DNA of 64,000 nucleotides from Candidatus Heimdallarchaeota archaeon (GCA_011364965.1 RDOB01000003.1:160001-224000), one strand, 5' to 3'; positions 39,321-49,727 are shown, counted from the stretch's first letter. Translations and numbers: made by a program. The notes: generated from the letters alone by a model not told the origin.

Positions 39321-40316
39321 TCAGATTTCTAGTTTGTATCTTTTACAAGCGGATTTTATTAATCGTAAAATTAAATCATTATAAGGATAACCACTTTTAA
39401 TAGCCATATAAGGATAAAATGAGAAATCTTTATTTTCTAAGTCAAAATCCATTCCAGGCAATGGATTTATTTCAAGAGTATAAATCTGGTTATTTTTATC
39501 CATCCGAAAATCAATTCTAGCGAAATCTTTTATATCTAGAACTTTACAAATATTCAGAGATGTGTCAACAAGTTGCATAGATAACTTATCTGTAATATTC
39601 GCTGGACAAATGTAGTGATCTAGATCATCGTATGTAGTTTTAGCGCGCTGACCAAAAACTCCACCAACTTCTGAAGGTAATTGAGAAAAGTCAATTTCCA
39701 AAATAGAGAGAACCTCAAATTCTTCATTAATTCCCCCAATTACACCAACACTAAATTCTCTTCCTTGGATAAATTCTTCGACTAATATTGGTTGTCGATA
39801 AGTTGCAAACATCTCATTTAGTTTTGTTGTAAGTTGTTGATTATTGTGTACTACATTGTCTTCATTAATTCCTACCGAAGATCCCTCTTCATTTGGCTTT
39901 AGAATAACTGGATTAATCATTTTATAATTTTTAAGATCATCTAAAGTCTTAACGGTAAAGAAATGTGGAGTAGGAATCCCGTGATAAGAAAGTATTTTTT
40001 TTGTCCAGGCTTTGTTTAAACATACTGCCGTTGTTAATACATTTGATCCAATATATGGAATATTAAGCATTTCAAGCATTGCGGGGACATGAGATTCACG
40101 ACTGTCTCCACGTAAACCCTCAGATCTATTAAACACCAGATCGGGTTTAGCTAGTTGTAGATTTGCTACAAAATCTTCATCAGCTTCTATAAAAGAATAT
40201 TCATGACCATTTTTCTCAATCGCATTCCTTATCAATTCAATTGTATGTGGTGGATCATATTCAACTTGAAATTCAGACTCATCCAGTCGGGTATTCACAC
40301 ATAAAGCAATTTTCAT
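39321..40316 (-). CDS. D-Ala-D-Ala ligase-like ATP-grasp ligase
   Basis: FNRSEG..G..RESHVP..LE.LNIPYIGS, KP..EGSSVGI, EEFI.GREF, ARIDFR, LEINPLPG. Confidence 0.9.
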   Translation of the reverse strand: MKIALCVNTRLDESEFQVEYDPPHTIELIRNAIEKNGHEYSFIEADEDFVANLQLAKPDLVFNRSEGLRGDSRESHVPAMLEMLNIPYIGSNVLTTAVCLNKAWTKKILSYHGIPTPHFFTVKTLDDLKNYKMINPVILKPNEEGSSVGINEDNVVHNNQQLTTKLNEMFATYRQPILVEEFIQGREFSVGVIGGINEEFEVLSILEIDFSQLPSEVGGVFGQRAKTTYDDLDHYICPANITDKLSMQLVDTSLNICKVLDIKDFARIDFRMDKNNQIYTLEINPLPGMDFDLENKDFSFYPYMAIKSGYPYNDLILRLIKSACKRYKLEI

Positions 40317-40356
40317 TTTGTAACGCTCAATTTTATTATAGTTTTATAATTTATCT

Positions 40357-41730
40357 CTACATTTCAAATAAATTAATTTCTTCACGGAATATTGACATTA
40401 ATTCATTTTTGTACTCTTTAGGAACCGAGATGCTATCATAGATCTTGATAAAAGTATTAAATAATTCATTTTCACGATCTTTCGCTTCTTGATATAATTT
40501 ACTCTCTTTAAATTCCATAACCAAAGGTGAATTATTTCCCCTTTTAGCTGCTAGATAGAAATTAAAAAGCTGTTCATCGCGGCCTAGTCCTGTATTTGCA
40601 TAGGTTAAGGAGGAACTACCTCCAAATAAAGTAAAAAGGTTCTTATTTTGCTTAGAAAGCATATTATGTGTCAATCCAATAGCTTTCGGATCCATACCTC
40701 CTGCAATAGAAAGAAGAAACATCTTTGCACAAACTGAACATTCATGACACCATCTATATTCTTTTCCTGCTTCTGTACTTGTAAAACAACTCATCTGATA
40801 ATCAGCATATTGTGAATAACGTCTAATAAGTATTCGTTGAATAAAAATGTCCATCAGTGGTTCAATTAGACTACCTGTTCGAACTGTTCGGCCTGTAAAT
40901 AATTGAGTGATTTGATCAATATGAGAAGTCCATACATGTGTTTGATCATAACAGGGATATATCCTCCATTTCCCCTCTTCATCAAAATATGTAGCTGCAG
41001 TTGATTGCTCATTCCCGAAAAGAATGTACTTACCTTTAAATGCATAAGCAAATGGGATCAAAGATAACGCATATTCAGTGTTTTGAAGACCCCAGCCAAA
41101 TTCGGACTCAGGGAGACCAAGAAACGTGTAATTCCGTAATTTTCCTGTCTCATGTATTAAAATACTTAATTCTTTATTGAATTCCTTTTGAAATCTTTCT
41201 CCTAAAAGAGTTTTATGTTTTTGTTCATATTTGAGACTATCTTCAACGATATAAATCATCTTTGGATCTAATCCGAGTTCTTCTGCTAAAGCAAATGTTA
41301 GAAGTGAATCTTTCCCAAAACTCATAGATACCAAAGCTCTATAACCATCTTCAACAGGATAATGACCTGGATATAATATATCAGACTCCTTATAAATGAA
41401 ATCTAATGTTAAGAATTTTCGTACCACTTCATCCGTATTCGTTCCATCTACCTCAGTATTAGAGGGGATGTCGAAAATAAAATTTTGGAAAAGATATGGT
41501 TCTAATATTGGACGAGATGTTGAAAATTTTATTCCTGAAACTCCTGGCAATACCATGGGTAAGTGCATTGTTGCAATTAGTGCAAGATTGTCCTTGAAGG
41601 CATTTTTTACAGATTTAGGAACAGAAGACCAAACATTTTGAGGGTATTGTGTTGAAAATTCATTATTATTAAAAAACAAGCTTAATCCAGTATCGTTAAG
41701 TTTTACATCAATTTCTATAATATTTTTCAT
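40357..41730 (-). CDS. MurL-like PP-loop (adenine nucleotide alpha-hydrolase) enzyme, putative ATP-dependent peptide epimerase
   Basis: SMSFGKDSL PP-loop, GNEQS, SCF…WCHECSVC..MFL resemble the MurL order GGKDS / SNE.SA / SCN / WCG.C.KC. Confidence 0.7.
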   Translation of the reverse strand: MKNIIEIDVKLNDTGLSLFFNNNEFSTQYPQNVWSSVPKSVKNAFKDNLALIATMHLPMVLPGVSGIKFSTSRPILEPYLFQNFIFDIPSNTEVDGTNTDEVVRKFLTLDFIYKESDILYPGHYPVEDGYRALVSMSFGKDSLLTFALAEELGLDPKMIYIVEDSLKYEQKHKTLLGERFQKEFNKELSILIHETGKLRNYTFLGLPESEFGWGLQNTEYALSLIPFAYAFKGKYILFGNEQSTAATYFDEEGKWRIYPCYDQTHVWTSHIDQITQLFTGRTVRTGSLIEPLMDIFIQRILIRRYSQYADYQMSCFTSTEAGKEYRWCHECSVCAKMFLLSIAGGMDPKAIGLTHNMLSKQNKNLFTLFGGSSSLTYANTGLGRDEQLFNFYLAAKRGNNSPLVMEFKESKLYQEAKDRENELFNTFIKIYDSISVPKEYKNELMSIFREEINLFEM

Positions 41731-41788
41731 CGCAGGATACCAAGTACTTGGTGAATCAATGAATAGGGATTAGTAGACAGAACTAAAA

Positions 41789-42703
41789 TTATCCTTTATA
41801 CCTCTTTGCCATCTCAATTATATGGCTTACCCTCCAATCTTCAAAATGAAACCCTTCACCCCCAGTAACTGTATCCGTGGAAGTTACATCTGGGAATCTT
41901 TCTTTAAGCTCCTCTTCTATATTTCTAATCATTTTTATGTTTGGAGCAAAGAAGCTTAAAATAACTACGGGCTTTTCCACAACTATCCATCCAACCCAAA
42001 AGTTCTCAGTGAAAGCTCGCATCGAATTTTGAAAAAATTCTATCTTATTCGATTCCAGTTTCAACGTGCAGAAGATTGTGAATATAATTAATTCTTCGGA
42101 TGAACCAGGAGACAATATTGTCGAGAAATAAATGAGCTCTGTTCTAGAAAGACGATCCAGTCTTTTCTTCAATGTTCGAGTTGAAATTTGAGTTCGTTCT
42201 GAAAGGGTTTGTAATGGCATTCTACCATTATTTCTTAGTTCAGTAATTATTTTATAATCTGCAGGAGCGATTTCAGGTTTATCGCTTATTGGTTTTGATA
42301 ATAACAAGAAAATTTCAACTTTCTCTACATATGAAATAGACTTTAGCCAATTCTCAAGCTCTATAACTTCTGAGCTTGATTTATATGTAAAAACAGCGAT
42401 TAGTTTATTCCCGATCCCCACACCAACTGTGAAAACTAGCTCATGGTTACCAATAATATCCACTACTTCTTCTAAGCGTTCTGCCGCATTAGAAACGTTG
42501 ATTCGCGCAAGTCCAGTTTCTTCGCCTAGAATTCCAAAGCTCAATTCACATGAATATCCTTTGATAACACCCTCTTTTTCCAATTTATTAACGCGCTTTT
42601 TTACAGCATTGAGACTCAATTTTACATTTTTGGCAACAGTAGAAAAAGGCATTCGGCTACTTGAATGAAGTAATTTTATAATTTCAAGATCCTTTGAGTC
42701 CAT
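41789..42703 (-). CDS. Tandem-duplicated Lrp/AsnC-family regulator
   Basis: MDSKDLEII..L….R.PF…V.KRV..LEKEGVIKGY; second D.KII.EL..NGR.P HTH. Confidence 0.9.
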   Translation of the reverse strand: MDSKDLEIIKLLHSSSRMPFSTVAKNVKLSLNAVKKRVNKLEKEGVIKGYSCELSFGILGEETGLARINVSNAAERLEEVVDIIGNHELVFTVGVGIGNKLIAVFTYKSSSEVIELENWLKSISYVEKVEIFLLLSKPISDKPEIAPADYKIITELRNNGRMPLQTLSERTQISTRTLKKRLDRLSRTELIYFSTILSPGSSEELIIFTIFCTLKLESNKIEFFQNSMRAFTENFWVGWIVVEKPVVILSFFAPNIKMIRNIEEELKERFPDVTSTDTVTGGEGFHFEDWRVSHIIEMAKRYKG

Positions 42704-42879
42704 CTGAATTTCTATCCAAGGTTATGATGGGAATCAAAAGAACTTTTTCTGGTTTTTGAATCCTAGAGTGCAAAATTGGGAAGCTAAATTTCGTCCCATA
42801 TGAGCTTTTCTTCACTTTAAAATGTCAAAACGTTTAAATTAGTAATTAATTGTTAATTAAATTAAAAATAATTCATGAG

Positions 42880-43140
42880 ATGGAAACTATGAAACAAGAA
42901 AAAAGATTAATTCCCCAGAAAATCGCTTTGGAATTATGTGAGGAAGTTCGTATTAAAAACCAGAAACAAAATTGGCCTTTTGGCATCGGGAAAATGCAAT
43001 GCCATTTCTGTTGGTATTTTGGGAGGAAAGCCTATAATGCAGGTAACCCAGAGAAATTATGCGCGTTCGGTGCAGATAATAATCGTGGGTGTTGGCAAAT
43101 CAACAAATTGTTTGATACTAGGATGTATTCACAAAGCTAG
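42880..43140 (+). CDS. Small Cys-rich hypothetical protein (start uncertain)
   Basis: C…QCHFC…LC…NRGC.QIN pattern; divergent from the Lrp gene. Confidence 0.6.
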   Translation: METMKQEKRLIPQKIALELCEEVRIKNQKQNWPFGIGKMQCHFCWYFGRKAYNAGNPEKLCAFGADNNRGCWQINKLFDTRMYSQS

Positions 43141-43187
43141 AAGTTAAGATGGAATTCAAGGATTTGGAGCTAATAAAGCATATTGAA

Positions 43188-43216
43188 ATATAAATTTCTT
43201 ATATAAATTTCTTATA
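43188..43216. repeat. Tandem 13-bp direct repeat (ATATAAATTTCTT x2 + ATA)
   Basis: Exact copies at 43188-43200 and 43201-43213, upstream of the MalY/PatB gene. Confidence 0.8.
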
Positions 43217-43290
43217 CAAAGAGTTATTGACTGCGATTGACCAAAGTCCTAAAATTAAATAGTCCTCCCCATAGATTGGTGACAATTAAA

Positions 43291-44472
43291 GTGAATAATA
43301 CTTATAATTTTGATCAAGTAATCGATCGTCGAAAAACAGATTCAATTAAATGGAATGATGAATTTCTAAAAGAATATTTCAAAGGAGAAAACCTTCTTCC
43401 ATTATGGGTTGCAGATATGGACTTTCGGGCTCCTCAACCAGTAATTGATGCTCTTGTGGCACGAGCAAAACATGGAATTTTTGGGTATGGAACTGCAGGT
43501 TGGCCTGAGTATTTTGAAAGTGTAATTTCATGGTTTTCTAGACGATATAACTGGAACATCAAAAAGGATTGGTTTGTTCATGCCCCTGGAATTGTTCCAG
43601 CGTGTTATTATATAATTCAGCGATTCAGCCATCCGGGGGATAAGATTATCATTCAAAATCCTGTGTATTATCCCTTTGCATCTGGAATCATATCAAACGG
43701 GAGAATTGTTGCCTCTAACGACTTGAAACTGGAAAATGGTAGATATACAATGGATTTTGAAGACTTGGAGAAGAAAGTTAAAGATCCACTTACAAAAATG
43801 ATAATTTTATGCAGTCCCCATAATCCTGTTGGGCGTGTGTGGATAAAAGAAGAATTAGAACGGTTGGGAGAAATTTGTTTTAGTAATGGAGTCTTAATAG
43901 TTTCAGATGAAATTCATTGTGATTTGACCTATCCCTCCATCAAACACACCATTTTTGCATCTATTTCGGAGGAACTCGCTCAAAATACCATCACATGCAC
44001 TGCAGGGAGTAAAACCTTTAATCTTGCAGGTTTGCATCATTCAAATGTCATAATTTCGAACTCTAAATTAAGAGAAGAATTTAAAACTCAATTAAGAATA
44101 AATGGCTTGATGACACCAAACATTTTTGGAACACACGCCTTACAAGCTGCGTATAGTAAATGTGAAGATTGGTTAGACGCTCTGATGGTATATTTACAAA
44201 AGAATTTAGAATTTTTAAAGAAGTTTTTAAGGAAGAACTTCCCACAAGTGAAAATTATTGAACCTGAGGGTACATATTTAGTTTGGATGGACTTCAGAGA
44301 ATTAAACCTATCAGGAAAAGATCTTCAATCCAAGTTAATTGAAGCCAAGGTTGCACTTGATCCAGGACACATTTTTGGATCTGGAGGAGAGGGATTCATG
44401 CGCATCAACATTGCTTGTCCCCAAAGTACTTTAGAGGAATCATTGAATCGAATAGTAAGGGCATTTATTTGA
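43291..44472 (+). CDS. MalY/PatB-family PLP cystathionine beta-lyase (start likely GTG 43291)
   Basis: YNFD..IDR..T.S.KW, PLWVADMDF, LCSPHNPVGRVW, SDEIHCDL, SKTFNLAG; GGTGA SD. Confidence 0.93.
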   Translation: MNNTYNFDQVIDRRKTDSIKWNDEFLKEYFKGENLLPLWVADMDFRAPQPVIDALVARAKHGIFGYGTAGWPEYFESVISWFSRRYNWNIKKDWFVHAPGIVPACYYIIQRFSHPGDKIIIQNPVYYPFASGIISNGRIVASNDLKLENGRYTMDFEDLEKKVKDPLTKMIILCSPHNPVGRVWIKEELERLGEICFSNGVLIVSDEIHCDLTYPSIKHTIFASISEELAQNTITCTAGSKTFNLAGLHHSNVIISNSKLREEFKTQLRINGLMTPNIFGTHALQAAYSKCEDWLDALMVYLQKNLEFLKKFLRKNFPQVKIIEPEGTYLVWMDFRELNLSGKDLQSKLIEAKVALDPGHIFGSGGEGFMRINIACPQSTLEESLNRIVRAFI

Positions 44473-44482
44473 TTAAAAGTGT

Positions 44483-46360
44483 TTATGCAAGTGGTAGGAC
44501 AACTTCAACCTTTGTGCCTATTTTTAGAATTTTATCTCGATATTCAATCAGATAATATCCTTGAGAAAATTCAACAGCTAAATTGAGCATCACATATCCT
44601 AGCCCAGTCCTTATATCGAGATTTTGAAGTGGATCTTGTAAAATTTCCCTCATTTCTTCCTGAATGCCCAAACCATTATCAGAGAATGATATATGTACAA
44701 AATTAGGTGTTCTTTCTTCAAGCTCAATAACAAGTTCCTTTTTAATGGTAGCATTATATATTAATGCATTCAACCCTATTTCAACAAATGAACTTTGTAA
44801 TATCGGATTATACCGCACCTTTATAGGTTTTGAGAGAGTATTTCTTAATATAATGTCTTTTTCCTCGTTCTCTTTAAGGATATAATCAATATTAATCTGT
44901 TTTACAACTTCTTTCATTAATGATTCAAGATCCATTAAATTCTCTTTGACTGAATCACTAGTTAAAAATCTTAATTCTCCTATTTGGTGTATAAGATGAC
45001 TTATTTTCTCAATTTTTTTATAGGTTGTATTCAAAAACTGAGGGTCTTTCTTTGATTCCTGCAATTCTATGGCAAAAAAATGCCCCTGTAGTGCATTTCT
45101 AAGATCATGACCAATGATATTGAACAAAATGTCAGCTCTACGCTTCTCTGAGAGAAGTTGTTCTATTGGAGGGGAATAACGCAAAACTGCAACCCCAAAG
45201 ATTCCAAACGCTGCAATAAACACGATAAGAATGAATACAATGAATATTAGCCCATTTGTTAATAAATATTGCCCGGCACTCTGTTCCCATATCTCTGCCA
45301 AGTCCTGAGCTATTTCTGCTATTTCAGCTTTCTCTACAACAATAGTTAGTATCATATTCGGATCTTTGATATGCTGGAAAACAATTAATTTTTCTTTGAT
45401 TTCACCATTTGTTGTCAAGAGCATCGCTGTGAAGTTCCCCTGCGGATTTTCAATAATATAGTCCAATTTATCAAGAAGATCCGTGTTATTAATGCTGGAG
45501 AGGTTTTCAGCCTGTATTAGTTCATCATATCCGCGATGAATAGAGGTGATATTAGATTTAACGAGGATATTTAGTGATGGGTCAATTAAGATAGCATAAC
45601 CACTATTTTTATACTCAATAGCAGAGATTCGTTCACTGATCGACTCAAATGATAGGTCAATGCCCAATACACCAAAAAAATCGGAATTATTGAAAAAAGG
45701 AATAGATAATGTAGCTACTAGCCGATTAGCTAAAGCATCTGTATATATAGACCAGAACGTTCCATTCTTTTCTTTCGCTCCAATATACCAAGGTCTTTGT
45801 CTTGAATCGAATTCTGAGCTTGGAGTAATCTCTGTGAGATTTACATAAGGAAAAAACCTGTTAACACCAACCTCTGTTCCTAAATACACCTGATAAACTG
45901 ATGGGGAGTTCACAAAGGAAGAAAAATAAATTCCTATAGATGAAAAGACAGATAATGTTTGATTAACTGTATTATTAAGAGAAACGAAACTAGGAATGAA
46001 TATGTCTCCGATTCCGACGTCCGAAGAGAGACCCCAAGCTCCTCCAGGGAATTGCTTTATTAAAGTCCATCGATCATCTTCTATAGGACTTAATAAGAGA
46101 TTTTGCACAAAACATCGTAGATTAAGAATTTCACTGTTATAGCTGGCAAAATAAGTCTCTAGAATTCCTGTTTCAGCATATACACGGTATTTCAATTCCG
46201 ATTGAGCAGCAGAGAATGCCTGATCTTTTGCGATCTCAGTAGCTTGATTCGAAGTTTGGTTGATTAAATGAAAACCAATTATTGTCGCAATAAGTAGAGG
46301 TATAATTGCCAATATTCCAAAGATGGCTATGATTCGTGGAGAGATCTTACGATAATTCAT
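44483..46360 (-). CDS. Membrane sensor histidine kinase with an extracellular dCache domain
   Basis: 2 TMs; FDSRQRPWY…YTDA…GVLGID Cache motifs; GHDLRN H-box; N-box, DNGLG and GLG boxes. Confidence 0.9.
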   Translation of the reverse strand: MNYRKISPRIIAIFGILAIIPLLIATIIGFHLINQTSNQATEIAKDQAFSAAQSELKYRVYAETGILETYFASYNSEILNLRCFVQNLLLSPIEDDRWTLIKQFPGGAWGLSSDVGIGDIFIPSFVSLNNTVNQTLSVFSSIGIYFSSFVNSPSVYQVYLGTEVGVNRFFPYVNLTEITPSSEFDSRQRPWYIGAKEKNGTFWSIYTDALANRLVATLSIPFFNNSDFFGVLGIDLSFESISERISAIEYKNSGYAILIDPSLNILVKSNITSIHRGYDELIQAENLSSINNTDLLDKLDYIIENPQGNFTAMLLTTNGEIKEKLIVFQHIKDPNMILTIVVEKAEIAEIAQDLAEIWEQSAGQYLLTNGLIFIVFILIVFIAAFGIFGVAVLRYSPPIEQLLSEKRRADILFNIIGHDLRNALQGHFFAIELQESKKDPQFLNTTYKKIEKISHLIHQIGELRFLTSDSVKENLMDLESLMKEVVKQINIDYILKENEEKDIILRNTLSKPIKVRYNPILQSSFVEIGLNALIYNATIKKELVIELEERTPNFVHISFSDNGLGIQEEMREILQDPLQNLDIRTGLGYVMLNLAVEFSQGYYLIEYRDKILKIGTKVEVVLPLA

Positions 46361-46482
46361 GTTTTACAGGTCTTCTTATTTTTTTTTTAATATTAGCTTA
46401 GCCATTGATTTTATCCCTTTTAATTATTCGCGATTTAAAGCAATAAACACCAAATAAAATCTATAGATTCAAAAAAAATTAA

Positions 46483-47019
46483 TTATTCTTTTTTGTATAT
46501 TTGAATTCCATTTATCAACTCTAAAAATGAGAATCCGTGAATCTGCAAAAGAGCTTTTAGAGATTTATTAAAGGACTTAATTGCTATTTTTCCATCAGCT
46601 CGACATACTCGAGCAATTTCGTTTAGCACCTGCTCCATTAGAGACCGATCTCTCAACATTCTTGGCAATCCAAAGAAAAATACAAGATCTATACTGTCCT
46701 CAGGAACTGGAATATCCTTTGCATTTGCTAAATATACCTCCACGTTCGAAATATTTGATTTTTGTAATTTCTCTTGAACTTTACTAATCGCTAATGGATG
46801 GATATCTATTGTGGTCACTTTCCCTGTTTTAGTTACAAGATTACTGGCTGGAATTGTAAAAAAACCTGGTCCACATCCAATTTCAAGAACATTTTGTCCT
46901 TTAGCTAATCCTGCATCAATCAGGGTCTTTTCAGGATTTGAAAACTTTCTACGAAGAGGATTGTCGTGAATAAAAGCCATTATTTGGAACGCCCAATTTG
47001 AACTTGTCTTCTCGAGCAT
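46483..47019 (-). CDS. Class I SAM-dependent methyltransferase
   Basis: VLEIGCGPGFF, IDI, SIDLV. Confidence 0.9.
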   Translation of the reverse strand: MLEKTSSNWAFQIMAFIHDNPLRRKFSNPEKTLIDAGLAKGQNVLEIGCGPGFFTIPASNLVTKTGKVTTIDIHPLAISKVQEKLQKSNISNVEVYLANAKDIPVPEDSIDLVFFFGLPRMLRDRSLMEQVLNEIARVCRADGKIAIKSFNKSLKALLQIHGFSFLELINGIQIYKKE

Positions 47020-47092
47020 TATTATAGCCCTCTTTACAGAAACTAAATTAATTTCAAGTAAACCATGATTTTCCTAAAAAGATAGTAAAGAA

Positions 47093-48229
47093 TTAATCCT
47101 TCCCAAATCGAGTAAAAAGGATAATTCCTATAATTGTCACAATTAAACAAAAGATACTGACTACTAAGACATCTATGAGTATAGTTTCACTTAGTGCTGG
47201 CGCACCACGTAGGAAAAGGGATGTTAAAGCATCAGTAACATAAAAGCTGGGAACGAGTCGACCAAGATCCTCAGAGATAGGTACGAATGTTCCAAGAAAC
47301 ATTTGAGGAAGAATAAAAATGAAACTGACTCCTGTTGCAGCACCAGGACTATTAACTATGGTTGCAGTTATTAATCCAAAACCTATATTACATATAACCA
47401 GAAGTAGGACGAGTACAAAAGCTATGAAAAATCCTAAGAATTCAGTTTTTGGAGTAAAACCCATAATTCCCGCCATTATAAAGATAATACTGACTTGAAC
47501 AATGGCAAGAAGAGTATTAGCAAATATAGTGCTAGTAATAATTTCAGATGGAGTTGTAGGCGTCACTTGAATCCGATTCAACAATCCAGTAGCTCTTTCT
47601 TCCGTGAAGCTCTCTGCTATGATCATTGTTGTGAATATCGCAGCAAATGCAAACATTCCAGGAGCCATAAAGTCAAATTGCGTAAAATGTTCAGCATCAA
47701 CTTTTTCAGCAGTACCCAATTGAATAGGCTGAGGAGTATTTGAAAAATCTTCTCCATAAAGTGTTTGCATTATTATTTGCTGAATTAGAGGAGGAATAGC
47801 ATTACTTACAATTAGAGATCCTTCATCCACATATAAATCAACTGTTGCATTATACCACGAACTAGGTGTTATTGGATCTGCCCAGAAGGAATCGCAGCTT
47901 TGACCGAAGTTCGTGGGGATAATAACTACCGCGTCGACTCGTCCTTGTTGAAGATCAGAAACTGCAGTACCAATATCGTCATAGCTTGAAATACTCATTA
48001 CTTCGCTATCTGAGAGATTGGTTTTGAACCAATCTGACCAATCCGAATTATCAAGATCTACCACTCCAATACTATAGGTCGTTTCTCCAGTTCCAAATGA
48101 TCCAAAAGCTAAACCAAATGCAAGAGTAAGAATCAGGGGAAATATTAATGTTAAAAATAAATATCCAGGAATTCGAATATTCTTCTTGAGTTCTTTCTTT
48201 GTTAATGCTGATAATGTCTGTATTTTCAT
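47093..48229 (-). CDS. ABC-2 type permease
   Basis: KELK, VVDLD, EERATGLL.RI.VTP; 6 TMs. Confidence 0.92.
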   Translation of the reverse strand: MKIQTLSALTKKELKKNIRIPGYLFLTLIFPLILTLAFGLAFGSFGTGETTYSIGVVDLDNSDWSDWFKTNLSDSEVMSISSYDDIGTAVSDLQQGRVDAVVIIPTNFGQSCDSFWADPITPSSWYNATVDLYVDEGSLIVSNAIPPLIQQIIMQTLYGEDFSNTPQPIQLGTAEKVDAEHFTQFDFMAPGMFAFAAIFTTMIIAESFTEERATGLLNRIQVTPTTPSEIITSTIFANTLLAIVQVSIIFIMAGIMGFTPKTEFLGFFIAFVLVLLLVICNIGFGLITATIVNSPGAATGVSFIFILPQMFLGTFVPISEDLGRLVPSFYVTDALTSLFLRGAPALSETILIDVLVVSIFCLIVTIIGIILFTRFGKD

Positions 48230-48234
48230 ATACT

Positions 48235-48981
48235 TTACACCTCTTCTCGAATTTTCCTTCCTGTAATCTTAATAAATACCTCTTCTAAATTCTCTACATT
48301 ATGCTCAGCGAGAAGGGCTTTAGGAGTGTTTAATGCTATTAATTTTCCGTTATCAATTATCCCAACACGATCGCAGAGAGCCTCTGCTTCTTCAATATAA
48401 TGCGTTGTGAGGATAACTGTTTTTCCTTGGGTTTTCAAGTCCCTTATAAACTGCCATACAGCACGACGAGATTGAGGATCCATGGCCACGGTTGGTTCAT
48501 CTAGAAATGCAATATCTGGATCATTAATCAAAGCCATCACAAGACTAATTCTTCTAATCATTCCTCCACTATAGTCCCCTGCTTTTCGCTTAGCATCTTC
48601 TCCCAATCCTATTTTCTCGATAAGATCCTGTGCGCGGTTTTTAAGGATGTTTTTCGGCATATGATGTAAATTCCCAAATAATTCCACATTTTCTTGGCCT
48701 GTTAGATAGGTATAGTATGCAGGTTCCTGAGGACAGACACCAATTATCGATCTTAGGTGTCTTGCGTCTTTTAGAACATCATATCCCCCCACAACAGCTT
48801 TTCCAGAGGTAGGTTTTAACAAGCCAATAAGAATATTGATAGTAGTAGTTTTTCCAGCACCATTCGGCCCTAATAAACCGAAAAGTTCCCCCGCATTCAC
48901 TGTAAAACTTAAATCATCAACTGCTGTAATACTTGAGAATTTTTTTACTAAATTTTGGACATTAATGCCATTTGATTTCAT
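48235..48981 (-). CDS. ABC transporter ATP-binding protein (DrrA-like)
   Basis: GPNGAGKTT, YSGGM, LDEPT, TTHY. Confidence 0.95.
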   Translation of the reverse strand: MKSNGINVQNLVKKFSSITAVDDLSFTVNAGELFGLLGPNGAGKTTTINILIGLLKPTSGKAVVGGYDVLKDARHLRSIIGVCPQEPAYYTYLTGQENVELFGNLHHMPKNILKNRAQDLIEKIGLGEDAKRKAGDYSGGMIRRISLVMALINDPDIAFLDEPTVAMDPQSRRAVWQFIRDLKTQGKTVILTTHYIEEAEALCDRVGIIDNGKLIALNTPKALLAEHNVENLEEVFIKITGRKIREEV

Positions 48982-49432
48982 CTACTCACCCATAATTTCG
49001 TTTTTCTTTTCCTTCTAGCAAAATCGCTTTGAAAGAGTGCTCAAAATTTCTAACCCTTTGCTATCCATCAAGAAATTAATATGTTCTTTAAGAAGGAGCG
49101 AAAAAGAATTTAGTATTAATGGTAAGGATTGTGGTAAAAAAATTTTTAAAAAAGTTTTAGTACCGAAAAAAAATTAATAATTATATTTTTGTTAAATTGA
49201 GAGCAATAAATTCAAAAAACAGCCAAATGATCCTAGCTAAATGTTTTTTTCTAGATTTATTTATTAGAAGATAAAAGAGTAATAAGATCAAGATAATTTT
49301 TGCATTATCAATGAGAAGAATGGATGAGGGAGAACCGTTTAATCAACAAACTAGATTTTTATGAGAGCAAAATTAACAATTCTAAGTAATTTGGGTTCCT
49401 TTTCAGATTTTAAACTCAGGAAGATGAAAATC

Positions 49433-49704
49433 ATGTCTGCCAATCCCCCGAATGAAATAAATCCAGATTTAAATCTCTCAGATTATAAAATTACTAATAA
49501 GGACGCTTCTGGCTTATTATTGCAATTTTAAGTATTTCAAGTCAAATTGCATGGATTGCAGAAAATGCATGGTTCAATGCCTTCGTTTTTGATGCTTTAA
49601 TACCTGACCCTCAACCTGTTGCAATGATGGTTTTCTTTAATGCGATTACTGCAACTGTCACCATTTATATAATGGGAAGTCTCAGTGATGAAAAATATGA
49701 ATAA
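49433..49704 (+). pseudogene. Frameshifted, truncated N-terminus of an MFS transporter
   Basis: After a frameshift near 49500 it reads RFWLIIAILSISSQIAWIAENAWFNAFVFD..PDPQPVAMMV…TATVT…MGSLSDE* (MFS TM1-2 plus start of motif A). Confidence 0.6.
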
Positions 49705-49727
49705 ATCTCTGTGAATCTTTTGGTAAG

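Noticed and set aside
39321-40316. Calling the ATP-grasp gene a true ddl and inferring peptidoglycan
   Set aside because: It lacks the GG.S.E N-terminal and LHG..GEDG motifs of canonical Ddl, and no mur/mraY genes are in the window
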